DNA of 64,000 nt from Pseudomonadota bacterium (GTDB lineage: Bacteria > Myxococcota_A > UBA9160 > SZUA-336), in the NCBI GenBank assembly GCA_003247575.1, contig QJZC01000058.1, positions 101,021 to 165,020 on the forward strand, in the 5' to 3' direction. Shown here piece after piece: positions 45,793 to 55,202 of this stretch; the stretch's first letter is position 1, and each line of letters opens with the position of its first letter. The position numbers and the translations under genes were made by a program. Under the pieces are notes generated by a model, which was given only the letters and a program-made list of their open reading frames with translations, did not search any database and was not told the DNA's origin.

Positions 45793-46347
45793 ATGCTGCG
45801 TCGTTTCGTCTTCGTGCTCATTCTCATGTGCCTCGCCACATCGGTGGCTAAGGCCCAGTCCACCCTTTGGGTGAGCGACCAGCTGCGCATCTCCATGCGC
45901 AGCGGCCCAGGGAACAACTTCGAGGTCGTGCGCATCCTCGCCACCGGCACCCCGCTCCAAACCAAGCAAACTCGCGGTGACTGGGCAGAGATTCGGCTCG
46001 AGGACGGCGAGACAGGCTGGGTCATCGCGCGCTATCTCGATGCGGAGAAGCCGGCTCAGTTGGAGCTTCCCCGCGTCCGCGATGCCCTCGACGGCGCCGA
46101 AGCCCGCATCGAAGAGCTAGAGAGCCAGCTCGCCAGCCTGCAGTCCAACCTCGCCGAATTCGAGGAGCTGCGCGCCCACGCGACGGAGCTCGAGGCGAGG
46201 AATGCCCAGCTCGAGACCAGCAGCGCCACCACGATGATGACGATCGGCGCCGGTATTGCGCTGGCCGGAGTCCTGCTCGGCGCGCTCTGGCCACGGCGCA
46301 GCTCGTCGCGCGGAATCAGCCTGCCGCGCAGCTACCTGCGCTCGTGA
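45793..46347 (+). CDS. SH3 domain protein (YgiM-type: signal peptide, SH3b, coiled coil, C-terminal TM)
   Basis: LWVSDQLRISMRSGPGNNFEVVRILATGTPL...GDWAEIRLEDGETGWVIARYL, then a coiled coil and the TM span MMTIGAGIALAGVLLGAL. Confidence 0.8.
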   Translation: MLRRFVFVLILMCLATSVAKAQSTLWVSDQLRISMRSGPGNNFEVVRILATGTPLQTKQTRGDWAEIRLEDGETGWVIARYLDAEKPAQLELPRVRDALDGAEARIEELESQLASLQSNLAEFEELRAHATELEARNAQLETSSATTMMTIGAGIALAGVLLGALWPRRSSSRGISLPRSYLRS

Positions 46348-47306
46348 GCGAGCGCTTGGCTTCCCATCCCCCTGCAAATCCTTCACGACCCGTGGGCCCG
46401 GGCTCGGAAGCCCGAGCGGGAGTCGAGCGCCTGCTCGAGCGTGCAGAGGGGGTGCTGGCCAAGCTCGAGCGCATCTTGGGTGCGCTGGCGCCGGTTCGCC
46501 CGGACCGAGCGACTGGGTCGCCCAGCGGAGTCGAGACCGATTTCGATGCGCTCGCCTACCGCTATCGCGCAGGCAGCTTGGAGCGCATCGATACGCCCGA
46601 CCTGTTTCCCCTGGATGGCCTGATCGGAGTCGAGGAGCCGATCGCACAATTGCGTGCCAACGCGCGCGCCTTCTGTGCCGGAAAACCGTATCTGGACGTG
46701 CTGCTCTACGGGGAGCGCGGCACCGGCAAGTCCTCAGCGCTGCGCGGCCTGCTGCGGGAATTTCAGGAGCAGGGTTTGCGGCTGATCGAGCTCGAGTCTC
46801 AGGATCTCGTGCGGATGAGTGATCTGTTCGGCCTGCTGCGCGGACGTCCCCAGAAGTTCGTGCTGATCTGCGACGACCTGAGCTTCGAGGATCACGACCC
46901 CGCCGTACGCAGGCTCAAGGCCGTCCTCGATGGCGGCGTCGAGCAGCGTCCGGCCAACGTCATGATCGCGGTAACCTCCAACCGCCGACGGCTGGTACCG
47001 GAGAGGGCGAGTGACAACAGGGACTCGTTCCGCGACGAGGCGGGCGAGCTCCATCTCTCGGAGAGGATCCACGAGAAGCTTTCGCTCTCCGATCGCTTCG
47101 GCCTCGCGCTCGCGTTCTGGGGATTCGACCAGAGGACGTATCTCGAGATCGTGCGCCATCACGCCGTGGCGCTCGGACTCGACGAGACGCATGAAGCGAT
47201 CGAGATCGAGGCGTTCGCGCTGCGCTTCGCGTTGCAGCAAGGCGGTCGGAGCGGCCGTACGGCAAAGCAAGCCTGCATCGCGCTCTCGCAGCAAGCGCCC
47301 GGGTAG
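46344..47306 (+). CDS. DUF815-family AAA-type ATPase
   Basis: Walker A LLYGERGTGKSS, Walker B FVLICDDLSF. The overall pattern is typical of DUF815 proteins. The GTG start overlaps the SH3 gene stop (GTGA at 46344-46347). Confidence 0.8.
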   Translation: MSERLASHPPANPSRPVGPGSEARAGVERLLERAEGVLAKLERILGALAPVRPDRATGSPSGVETDFDALAYRYRAGSLERIDTPDLFPLDGLIGVEEPIAQLRANARAFCAGKPYLDVLLYGERGTGKSSALRGLLREFQEQGLRLIELESQDLVRMSDLFGLLRGRPQKFVLICDDLSFEDHDPAVRRLKAVLDGGVEQRPANVMIAVTSNRRRLVPERASDNRDSFRDEAGELHLSERIHEKLSLSDRFGLALAFWGFDQRTYLEIVRHHAVALGLDETHEAIEIEAFALRFALQQGGRSGRTAKQACIALSQQAPG

Positions 47307-47347
47307 CGCGGCACTCGATCGCTCGGACACCGCAGGCCGCTCTCGGC

Positions 47348-48892
47348 TCAGGGAGAGCGGGACCCCCGCCAGAGCGCGAGCGCCTGCGCGCGATCGTCGG
47401 AAACCCGTCGGCCGCCGAACGTGGCTTCGAGCCGCCGAGTGAAGCGGTCCACTCCCTGCGGACCGAGCTCGCGCTCGATGATGCGCCGCGTCAACGGATC
47501 CTTGTCGAGCTCGGCCAGAACCTGGAGCAGCTCCGCCCGCGCTGCGATCGCATTGCGACGGCGCTTGCCGAGCTCCGAGTCGGGCAGGGTGAGGTTCTGC
47601 CTACGAAGCTCCGCCAAGGTCAGGTAGACGGGTACGTCCAGCAGCTCATCGATACGTGACAGGGTGCGCCGTGCGGCCTGCTCACGCCGCTCGAGCTCGG
47701 GGTCCGGAGCCACGACCGGCGGCTGGGCCTCGCGCCCGAGCGGCGCAACCGCGTCGAACGAACGCACCTTCGTGCCGACAGCCACGTCTTGCTTGACTGC
47801 CGCGCGGCGCTTGCTCCCGCCCTTCGGGGACGCAGCCGGCGCGGTGGCCGTCCGGGCAACCGTGCGCGCTGCGGCGTTCTCAGTGGCCTTGGGCTCGGCC
47901 CTGGGTGTCACGCGCGTGGGCACGTTTCCCAGAGGCGCCGTGCGGTCTTGCACGAGTCGCGGCTCTGGCTTGCGGCTCGGTGCACGAACCTCGTCCGACG
48001 TAGGAGTTTGAATCGCTGCGGCAACCTGACTCGGCGCTTCGGCCTCGCGCACGTCGCCCGCCCCGGCCCCCGCTTCGATCGACTCCGAGTCCGCTTCGAT
48101 CGGCTCGGAGTCCGAGTCCGAGTCCGAGTCGCCTTCGCCTTTCGAGACGCTTTCGGAGCTCGCGACACTCTCGGGGGCGGAGACACTCTCGGTCTCCGGG
48201 GCCGAGCCTTCGGAGTCCAGAGAGATCCCAGCCTCTCGGGAGCTCTCGGAGGTGCTCACAGGATCGGCTGCAAGGACGCGTTCCCTGCGAGCCAGACGGC
48301 CCGAGCGGGAGTCTCGGTAGTACGTCTGCATGAGTGCGACGATCTGACACGCTGCAGAAACCACGCTTCCGTCGTCTCTCAACGCGCGCAGCTCGGGAAT
48401 GCTGAGCTCTCGAACGCGATCGGGTACCCGCATCGCGTCGACCAGCTCGTTTCGCTTCGTGATGAAGTCGTTGATCACGAGCGCGAGATCGAAGCGCAAG
48501 TCGAAGCCAGAAACAGCAGTGCCCGAGGCATCGCCGCTCGGGTCCGCCCCTGCCTCGGCGCTGATGCCATTGCGAAGCAGCATGGCTTCGCTGACTTGCC
48601 GAGCAAAGTCAGTGGGGCAGTCTGCAACCTGGGTCACCGGGTCGGCAGCAGAGACTACGGGAGAGCCGAGCGCAAACAGCAAAGCGCCCCAAGGAAGCAC
48701 CCTTCGGAACCTTGAAGAAAAGGGGAACCTCGAAAAGAAGCAGGAAACTGCGCGGGATGCTGCCAATGAAGCGCGAGCTTCAGCGCGCTGAAGTTCGCAC
48801 CGACCCGCTCGTTCAGGACGGACATGGCGGCGACCGCCCCTCCCTCTACCCAACATGGCAGTCATCTTAGAGGTGCGCCGGTCGGTGGACAA
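47348..48892 (-). CDS. Hypothetical secreted protein with a disordered acidic Ser/Glu/Asp-rich centre
   Basis: 514-aa track ORF. Signal-like LPWGALLFALGSPVVSA/ADP, so the real start may be GTG 48700. The central region is low complexity (SESVSKGEGDSDSDSDSEPIEADSESIEA). The C-terminus is helical and basic. No domain recognised. Confidence 0.55.
   Translation of the reverse strand: MSTDRRTSKMTAMLGRGRGGRRHVRPERAGRCELQRAEARASLAASRAVSCFFSRFPFSSRFRRVLPWGALLFALGSPVVSAADPVTQVADCPTDFARQVSEAMLLRNGISAEAGADPSGDASGTAVSGFDLRFDLALVINDFITKRNELVDAMRVPDRVRELSIPELRALRDDGSVVSAACQIVALMQTYYRDSRSGRLARRERVLAADPVSTSESSREAGISLDSEGSAPETESVSAPESVASSESVSKGEGDSDSDSDSEPIEADSESIEAGAGAGDVREAEAPSQVAAAIQTPTSDEVRAPSRKPEPRLVQDRTAPLGNVPTRVTPRAEPKATENAAARTVARTATAPAASPKGGSKRRAAVKQDVAVGTKVRSFDAVAPLGREAQPPVVAPDPELERREQAARRTLSRIDELLDVPVYLTLAELRRQNLTLPDSELGKRRRNAIAARAELLQVLAELDKDPLTRRIIERELGPQGVDRFTRRLEATFGGRRVSDDRAQALALWRGSRSP
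48070..48131. repeat. In-frame tandem repeats inside the acidic protein gene: a 21-bp unit x2 followed by (GAGTCC)n
   Basis: 48070-48090 and 48091-48111 match at 19 of 21 positions. gagtcc x3 plus gagtcg lies at 48108-48131 and encodes DSDSDSDS on the minus strand. Confidence 0.85.
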
Positions 48893-49092
48893 GCCTGTAA
48901 CGATTGCTCAAGTATGCAAAAATCCGCTCAAACTGGGATCGCGAGCATTGCTTGCTGTGTCGCTGCGCTGTTTCTGCTGCACCGTTCCTATCTCTTCTTT
49001 CTGATTCGCCTGAGCCCCTCGCTCGCACCCAGACCTCGACACCACTACGAGCCAGGCAGGCCCTCGCTCAGCATCACAGGAATGAGGAATAC

Positions 49093-51324
49093 ATGCCCGT
49101 ACCTCTGCGTAGGACGAGTTGCGTGTTGATCTGCTACTTGCTAGTCGCATGCACGACCTCTACCGCCGAACTCGCTCGCCCGCTCTCCCCAGACGACGTA
49201 GAGACACCGCTTCGGCCGCAACTACCCCGGGTCGAAAGCTTCTTCCCGGAGCCCAGCTTCGACGCACCCAAGCTATCCCCCGACGGCAACCTTATCGCGG
49301 CAATTCGGCGCAGTAATGGCCAATCCAGCATCATCACGCTGGACCTCGAAAGCGGCAGCATCGTGCCGGTGACGTCGATCCTCGGCTCGAATGTGAACGA
49401 TCTATGGTGGGGCAACGAGACCCGGCTCATTCTCGGACTCACGGATCCGACAGGCCTCGTCCACCGCCTGGCTGCCGTCGATATCGACGGCAGCCGCTTC
49501 GAAGATTTCGGCTCGGAGCGCAACTTTCCCGGCGTGACTCAGCGGCGCCCCGAAAGCCAGCTCGCAGACATCATCGTAAGTCCGTTGCCGGACGATCCGA
49601 ACAACATTCTGGTTGCCTATCCGTTCCAGATTGCGCTCAAACGCATAGCAAGCAATGTATTCCGACTGAACATCTACACCGGACGGTTAACCCCGGAAGC
49701 CTCCACCCGGCTGCTCGCGCTCGAATGGTTCCCCGACGGAGAGGGAAAGATCGACGTGGGCTTCGGTTTCCTCGGGGGAGCGTCCTATCTCACGGTTCGA
49801 TCCTCGACCTTGCGCACCTGGACCAAGGTCCCGACCAGCGACGTGCCGAGCCTACTGGACGCAAGCTTGATCCCGCTCGGCACCACGAGCCAGCAGGGAG
49901 TGCTCTACGTCCGCTCGCGCGATGCGAGTGATCGATGGGAGCTCTACCGCTACGACATCGCGAGCGGAACGTTCTCTGATCGCCTGCTCGGCGATCCAGA
50001 GTTCGATGTCGAAGGGCCCCTGCTGTACTCGTCACCCCGCGCGGGCGAGCCGATGCGGGTGATCGGCGTTCGCTATACGGCCGACTATCCGCGAATCGCG
50101 TGGCTCGAGCCGAGTTGGCAGGAGATGGCAGGCACGATCGACGCCACCCTGCCCAACACGGTGAACGACATCGTATCCTGGAGTCGCGACGAGACGCGCC
50201 TGCTCGTGCTTGCGAGCAGTGACATCGATCCCGGGACGTACTATGTGTACGACCGCAGCAAGCGACGGCTCACACGCCTGTTCGATCGCTACCCCGAGCT
50301 GTCGGAGCGGCCGCTGACTCCGCTACGCTCGGTGCGATATGCGGCGCGCGATGGAGCGCGGGTGCCTGGATACCTGGCACTCCCTGGCGGAATCGATGCC
50401 AAGCTCGCGGGCGCAGCGAGCGGCGAGGCCACACAGATCCCCGCAGGAGGCGTCCCACTGATCGTCTACCCTCACGGGGGTAGCACCGGCGAACGACCCG
50501 CGGCGCTCGCAGAGATCCTCGATCCGCTATCCGCACGCGACTCCCGAGCCTTCGATTCGGAGGTGCAATTCTTCACCAGCCGTGGATACGGAGTGTTCAA
50601 GCCCAACTACCGAGGGTCCAGTGGGTTCGGGCAGGCTTACTCCAAGCTGGGGGTTGGACAATGGGACGGCCGCATTCCCGAAGACGTGATCGACGGTGTG
50701 CGCTGGCTGATCGACTCCGGTGTCGCCGACCCGGATCGAATCTGTCTCTATGCGAACGATGCGGGTGCCTACGTGAGTCTCGCAGCACTGGCGAAGCAGC
50801 CGAGTCTCTTCGCGTGCGCCGTCCTCCGAGACGGAATCTTCGACTTCGACTCCTACCTGAACGAGCGCCGGGTCCGGGCGGCCATCGAGCAACAGACACT
50901 CGAATCGAGACAGAGTCTATTTGCGGACGGGGGTAGGATCCTCGAAGCCCAGCTCGACCTCGACCGCACGCAGCCCGACGTCTCGGCTCAGCAGCCACTG
51001 ATCGACCGCGCACGGACACTCACCACACCGATCTTGATCGCCTACGGTGAGGAGAATCGTGTGGTCTCGCCGGCGCAGTCGAAGCGGCTGGCTGCCGCCC
51101 TGGCAGAGACCCCGGGGCAGATCGAGGTCGTTCCCCTCGTCGGCCAGCCGAACTTCTTCCGGGATGCAGCGCTGCGCGTCACGTTCTATCGTACTCTCGA
51201 GCGATTCCTGCTGCGCCACCTCGGAACCGGGTACCCTGACACGACATCCGATCTCGAACCCGAGCACAGTCGACACGTAGATCCGCCGCTCTTGTCGCCA
51301 GCTGCCGCGACTTTCGCAAACTAG
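49093..51324 (+). CDS. Lipoprotein with S9 (prolyl oligopeptidase/acylaminoacyl peptidase) fold; catalytic triad apparently substituted (pseudo-peptidase)
   Basis: Track ORF 48904-51324. ATG at 49093 gives MPVPLRRTSCVLICYLLVAC (lipobox). N-terminal propeller-like repeats. The C-terminal domain has FKPNYRGSSGFGQAY like S9 enzymes, but DRICLYANDAGAY replaces GGSYGGY, YGEENRVV replaces HGxxDxxV, and no His sits in the expected PLVGQPNFF segment. Confidence 0.7.
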   Translation: MPVPLRRTSCVLICYLLVACTTSTAELARPLSPDDVETPLRPQLPRVESFFPEPSFDAPKLSPDGNLIAAIRRSNGQSSIITLDLESGSIVPVTSILGSNVNDLWWGNETRLILGLTDPTGLVHRLAAVDIDGSRFEDFGSERNFPGVTQRRPESQLADIIVSPLPDDPNNILVAYPFQIALKRIASNVFRLNIYTGRLTPEASTRLLALEWFPDGEGKIDVGFGFLGGASYLTVRSSTLRTWTKVPTSDVPSLLDASLIPLGTTSQQGVLYVRSRDASDRWELYRYDIASGTFSDRLLGDPEFDVEGPLLYSSPRAGEPMRVIGVRYTADYPRIAWLEPSWQEMAGTIDATLPNTVNDIVSWSRDETRLLVLASSDIDPGTYYVYDRSKRRLTRLFDRYPELSERPLTPLRSVRYAARDGARVPGYLALPGGIDAKLAGAASGEATQIPAGGVPLIVYPHGGSTGERPAALAEILDPLSARDSRAFDSEVQFFTSRGYGVFKPNYRGSSGFGQAYSKLGVGQWDGRIPEDVIDGVRWLIDSGVADPDRICLYANDAGAYVSLAALAKQPSLFACAVLRDGIFDFDSYLNERRVRAAIEQQTLESRQSLFADGGRILEAQLDLDRTQPDVSAQQPLIDRARTLTTPILIAYGEENRVVSPAQSKRLAAALAETPGQIEVVPLVGQPNFFRDAALRVTFYRTLERFLLRHLGTGYPDTTSDLEPEHSRHVDPPLLSPAAATFAN

Positions 51325-51347
51325 ACTCGCGAGGGAGACGTCAACGC

Positions 51348-52250
51348 GTGCCCAGCTCACAGATGAAGAGGCTGATCGAATATCTCCGGGGTCTTCAACA
51401 GCCCGGCAAGGAGCTCAGCTTCGACGACATGCGCCGCGGCATGGAGGCCTCGAACGCTTGGAACTCCAGGCCGCCGGAAGAGGTGCAGACGACACCCGAG
51501 TGTCTCGCGGGGGTCCCGTGTGAATGGACTCAAGTGCCGGATGCGATGCGGGTCTCCGAGTCGGCCACGATTCTGCACTTGCACGGCGGCGGCTTCGTCA
51601 TGGGATCGATCGACAGCCATCGGGGACTGGTGGCCCGACTGGCGCTCGCCGCCCGGATCCGCGCACTCGCAGTCGGGTACCGGCTCTCACCCGAGCACCC
51701 CTACCCTGCGGCAGCAGAGGACGTACTCGGGGTCTATCGGTGCCTGCTCGATCGCGGGTACCAGGCCGAGCAGCTGTTTCTATCGGGCGACTCGGCAGGA
51801 GGCGGACTGGCACTCGCGACACTGGTGCGACTGCGCGACATGGGTCTGCCGCTCCCACGAGCCGTCGTCCTGCTGTCCCCCTGGCTGGATCTGAGCCTGA
51901 GCGGAGACTCGATGCGATCGCGGGCAGACGAAGATCCGATGGTCAGTCCGGATGATCTGGTGCGAATGTCAGCGGCGTATCGCGGAGAGCTGGACCCGAG
52001 CAATCCCGCCGTCTCACCTCTGTTCGCTTCCCTCGAGGGCTTGCCGCCCATGGTGGTGCAGGTGGGAACCGCGGAGGTGTTGCTCGATGACGCGAGACGG
52101 CTCGCGGAGCGCGCACGGAGCGCCGGCATCCCAGTAGACCTACAGGTCTTCCCTGATCTGGTGCACGTGTTCCAGTTCTTCGGCCCCTTCGTGCCCGAGG
52201 CTGGAGAGGCGATCGAGCAGATTGGCACCTTCGTGCAGAGCCACCTCTGA
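51348..52250 (+). CDS. Alpha/beta hydrolase, hormone-sensitive-lipase (family IV) esterase
   Basis: HLHGGGFVMGS (HGGG oxyanion motif), GDSAGGGLA (GDSAG nucleophile), and a later DPM and DLVHVF. GTG at 51348 has GGGAG upstream. Confidence 0.85.
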   Translation: MPSSQMKRLIEYLRGLQQPGKELSFDDMRRGMEASNAWNSRPPEEVQTTPECLAGVPCEWTQVPDAMRVSESATILHLHGGGFVMGSIDSHRGLVARLALAARIRALAVGYRLSPEHPYPAAAEDVLGVYRCLLDRGYQAEQLFLSGDSAGGGLALATLVRLRDMGLPLPRAVVLLSPWLDLSLSGDSMRSRADEDPMVSPDDLVRMSAAYRGELDPSNPAVSPLFASLEGLPPMVVQVGTAEVLLDDARRLAERARSAGIPVDLQVFPDLVHVFQFFGPFVPEAGEAIEQIGTFVQSHL

Positions 52251-52308
52251 GGAGGCCGCGGGTACTGACCGATCCGACCTTCGACCATCGCTCACGGGAG
52301 CAGGCTCT

Positions 52309-52824
52309 GTGAGAAGCAAGCTCCGCACGCGACTTCGGAGGCTCGCCCTGCGGGCGGTTCAGGGGGCCCTCGAGCGCACATTCCCGAAGGTCGATTCGAT
52401 CGAGCCGGAGGAGCTGCAACGTCTCCTACAGCGTGGCGACGAGGAGCGCCCGATCCTGCTCGACGTCCGGTCGCAGAGCGAGTTCGATTGCAGTCATCTG
52501 CACGGCGCGCTCCACGTCCCGACGCCGACCTGGGGATCCCTGGACACTCGCGGCCTGCGTGCATCCGCGGAGCGCGCCCGGTCCCGCGATCCGCACGCCA
52601 CTCTGGTGGTCTACTGCTCGGTCGGACTCCGCAGCGCACGAGTGGTCGCAGAGCTCCAGAACAGTGGGCTTGGACACGTGCTCAACCTCTCGGAAGGCAT
52701 CTTCGGCTGGGCCAACCGAGGCTTGGAGCTCGCGGGTGCCTCACGTGAGGCACCACGCGTACATCCCTTCGGGCGACCTTGGGCCTGGCTCCTCTCACCG
52801 GAGTACCGGGACCGGCCTCACTGA
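52309..52824 (+). CDS. Rhodanese-domain sulfurtransferase-like protein
   Basis: ILLDVRSQSEFDCSHLHGALHV and the active-site loop VVYCSVGLRS. Track ORF starts at 52222 and overlaps the esterase; the in-frame GTG at 52309 is proposed instead. Confidence 0.7.
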   Translation: MRSKLRTRLRRLALRAVQGALERTFPKVDSIEPEELQRLLQRGDEERPILLDVRSQSEFDCSHLHGALHVPTPTWGSLDTRGLRASAERARSRDPHATLVVYCSVGLRSARVVAELQNSGLGHVLNLSEGIFGWANRGLELAGASREAPRVHPFGRPWAWLLSPEYRDRPH

Positions 52825-52848
52825 GCGAGACCGGCCCCGGCGAGCCCC

Positions 52849-55005
52849 TCAGGGTGCCGGCGGCGGCACCATGATGAAGTTGAGCTGCTCCGGCAGCGGA
52901 CCCTGGATCGGGACCTCGAAGATCGGGCCCGGCCCATCCGGATCGATGACCGTCTGCCCATCGCTTGCGAAGAAGGCGGCGATCTGAGTCTGTCCAGCCA
53001 CACCGAGTAGCGGATTCAGGATGTTCCCAAGGAAGCCGTGCGGATTGACCGGGGTCGTATCCGGCGCCATCGCGAACAACAGATCGTTGCGCAGGAAGGT
53101 CGCGCGATCCGTCAGCTCGCCGGCGCGGATCAACGCCGAGGCCGTCGGGTTCACGACGATCTGATCACCACGCGCAAACTGGATGATGACGGGCTTGCGA
53201 CGATTGCCACGCAGAGGATCCTTGCGAATGTGGGGCGCGTAGGTCACCGGGTCGCCCGCGTTGGAGATCCACTGCGAGTTGTCGAGGAACTGCGCGATAT
53301 CGGATGCGCCGGCCACGTCGTTAACGATCGGAGGCATGTTGCGCAGCGGGACGTTCTCGTCGAAGTCCAACCCGATCGGTCCGCCGACGTTGATCAACGA
53401 CGGGGTGCGCGCCGCCAACGCCGCTCCGATCGCCGGCCGGAAGGCGGGGCTCAGCCGCGCGATGTCGATCAAGAAGCCACCGGGAACGTTGGGCACACCC
53501 GCGCGGATCTCTGGATCGGTCCCGAGCAGCATGGTTCCGTAGATCCCGCCGAGCGAGACGCCGAAGTAGAAGATGCGCTCCGGGTCGAGATCGCGGACCC
53601 CATCGGTGTCGACGTCGACCCCGCTCTTGACCACGCGCACCAGCTGCATCAGGTCGATCACGGTCTGACGCAGCCCGTCCCGGTTGGAGATCGTACGCTC
53701 GGGTGCCGCGGGGTTGGCGCTGAACCCCTCCGTGCCGCCGATCATCCCGTCTCCATTCTGGTCGATGCCCCGTCCACCGGAGGGCAGCACCACCTCGTCA
53801 CCCGAGCTGAGCGCCACCGACAAGGTCCCGAGCTCTCCGCCGCCATGCCCGGCGACGTTGATCCCCATGGTGGCGATCCCCTGCGACGCCAGGATCGCGG
53901 CGAAGATGGGCAAACCCTCCTTGTTGCCGCCGAAGCCGTGGCCGAAGAGCGCCACCGGCCAGCCATTGGCGGGCGGAGTGCCGGCGGGCAGGATCAGGTT
54001 GAAGAAGACGTCCTCGGCACCGGTCGGCCGCGGTACACCGGTTCGAGTGGGAATCTGAGTGATGAACTGGTTCTCGTTCCTGAACTCGGGAGACCTGAAG
54101 CTCCCGAAGGCGAGTGTTCCGACCGCACCCGGCCGAATCCCGAGCGCCTGGATCACCACTGGGGACGACGCGATATCGGGTGCCGTGCCCACCTGGCGGT
54201 TGAAGGTGATGGAATCGACGTCGCCGAGGGCGAACACGGTGCTCTCACCTCCCAGACCGAGCTCGAAGTCGGGTTTCGGGGCCTTCGCGCGATCCAGGCC
54301 GCGTCGGACCTTCTCGATGAACGAGGTCGTGCTCTGCGTCGTGAACACGCTGAGACCGGCCAGCTCGCGCGGAGAGAAGCCGGCGCGAGTCACCTGGACC
54401 TGCGCCTCGAGCAAGGACTCGCGGAAGGCCCGCAGCTGGATCCGATCACGGACCGAGCGGCCCTGGCTCTCCCCGAGTGCGGCGAGCACCGAGCGGCGCG
54501 CGATGCGGCGTCCGTCCGTGTCACGAATCTTGCGCGTGACGACCAGAGCGTAGCGCGTCTTCTGATCGAGCAGCTCGTCCGACTCGGCGAACAAGGTCTT
54601 GGACTCGGGATCAAAGACGACCTGATTGACCCCGATGGGATCGGCGCGCCGCGCGTCGAGGTTGATGAACAGGATCGAGTCACGCGTCACGGTTGTGACG
54701 TCGATGTCTCCGTCGAAGGCGATCGAGATGCGCGGTTGGAGATTGAAGCCATCCAGCGAGTTGAGCACGTCGATGTCGTCGCAGTCGCTCGGCCGGACAT
54801 CGCAATCCGGCTTCGGGAGATTGACTCGACGGTTCGTCTGCTGCCGCAGATCGCGCTCGGTGAAGCGGTCGCTCGGGAAGATTCCAGCGCTGGGGACGTC
54901 GGGATCGAAGCGAATCCGGACGCTGTCGGCGCGCCCGAGTGCCGGACTGCTCAGCAGGACCAGCGCGAATCCAAAGGCGAAAGTGCGGACCTTAGCGCGC
55001 AGCAT
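52849..55005 (-). CDS. Large secreted alpha/beta hydrolase (lipase/esterase-like) with an N-terminal beta-rich domain
   Basis: Track ORF 52849-55248. ATG at 55005 gives MLRAKVRTFAFGFALVLLSSPALGRA/DS. ALFGHGFGGNKEG (oxyanion region) and YFGVSLGGIYG (GxSxG). The groEL terminator lies inside the track's 5' extension, which supports the shorter model. Confidence 0.75.
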   Translation of the reverse strand: MLRAKVRTFAFGFALVLLSSPALGRADSVRIRFDPDVPSAGIFPSDRFTERDLRQQTNRRVNLPKPDCDVRPSDCDDIDVLNSLDGFNLQPRISIAFDGDIDVTTVTRDSILFINLDARRADPIGVNQVVFDPESKTLFAESDELLDQKTRYALVVTRKIRDTDGRRIARRSVLAALGESQGRSVRDRIQLRAFRESLLEAQVQVTRAGFSPRELAGLSVFTTQSTTSFIEKVRRGLDRAKAPKPDFELGLGGESTVFALGDVDSITFNRQVGTAPDIASSPVVIQALGIRPGAVGTLAFGSFRSPEFRNENQFITQIPTRTGVPRPTGAEDVFFNLILPAGTPPANGWPVALFGHGFGGNKEGLPIFAAILASQGIATMGINVAGHGGGELGTLSVALSSGDEVVLPSGGRGIDQNGDGMIGGTEGFSANPAAPERTISNRDGLRQTVIDLMQLVRVVKSGVDVDTDGVRDLDPERIFYFGVSLGGIYGTMLLGTDPEIRAGVPNVPGGFLIDIARLSPAFRPAIGAALAARTPSLINVGGPIGLDFDENVPLRNMPPIVNDVAGASDIAQFLDNSQWISNAGDPVTYAPHIRKDPLRGNRRKPVIIQFARGDQIVVNPTASALIRAGELTDRATFLRNDLLFAMAPDTTPVNPHGFLGNILNPLLGVAGQTQIAAFFASDGQTVIDPDGPGPIFEVPIQGPLPEQLNFIMVPPPAP

Positions 55006-55202
55006 ACGAAGCTCCCATGGCAATGTGGTTTGGATCGGCGCGGCGATCGCCGCTGCAGACAGGGATCTATACCAGACTGGGAGCGACACCTGGCACAAAA
55101 CGTAACAGTACGGCGTACGAAGCGATCCGTTGGAGCGTAGGCCGGATCGCCGAGACCCTGCTCGCGGTCCGCCAGGAGTCGCAGATTCCCTAGCCTTCCG
55201 AC

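Noticed and set aside
52215-52240. Sigma-54-like TTGGCACCTTCGTGCA near the end of the esterase gene, upstream of the rhodanese gene
   Set aside because: The GG-to-GC spacing is one nucleotide short of the canonical -24/-12 spacing, and it lies inside coding sequence. It is probably a chance match.
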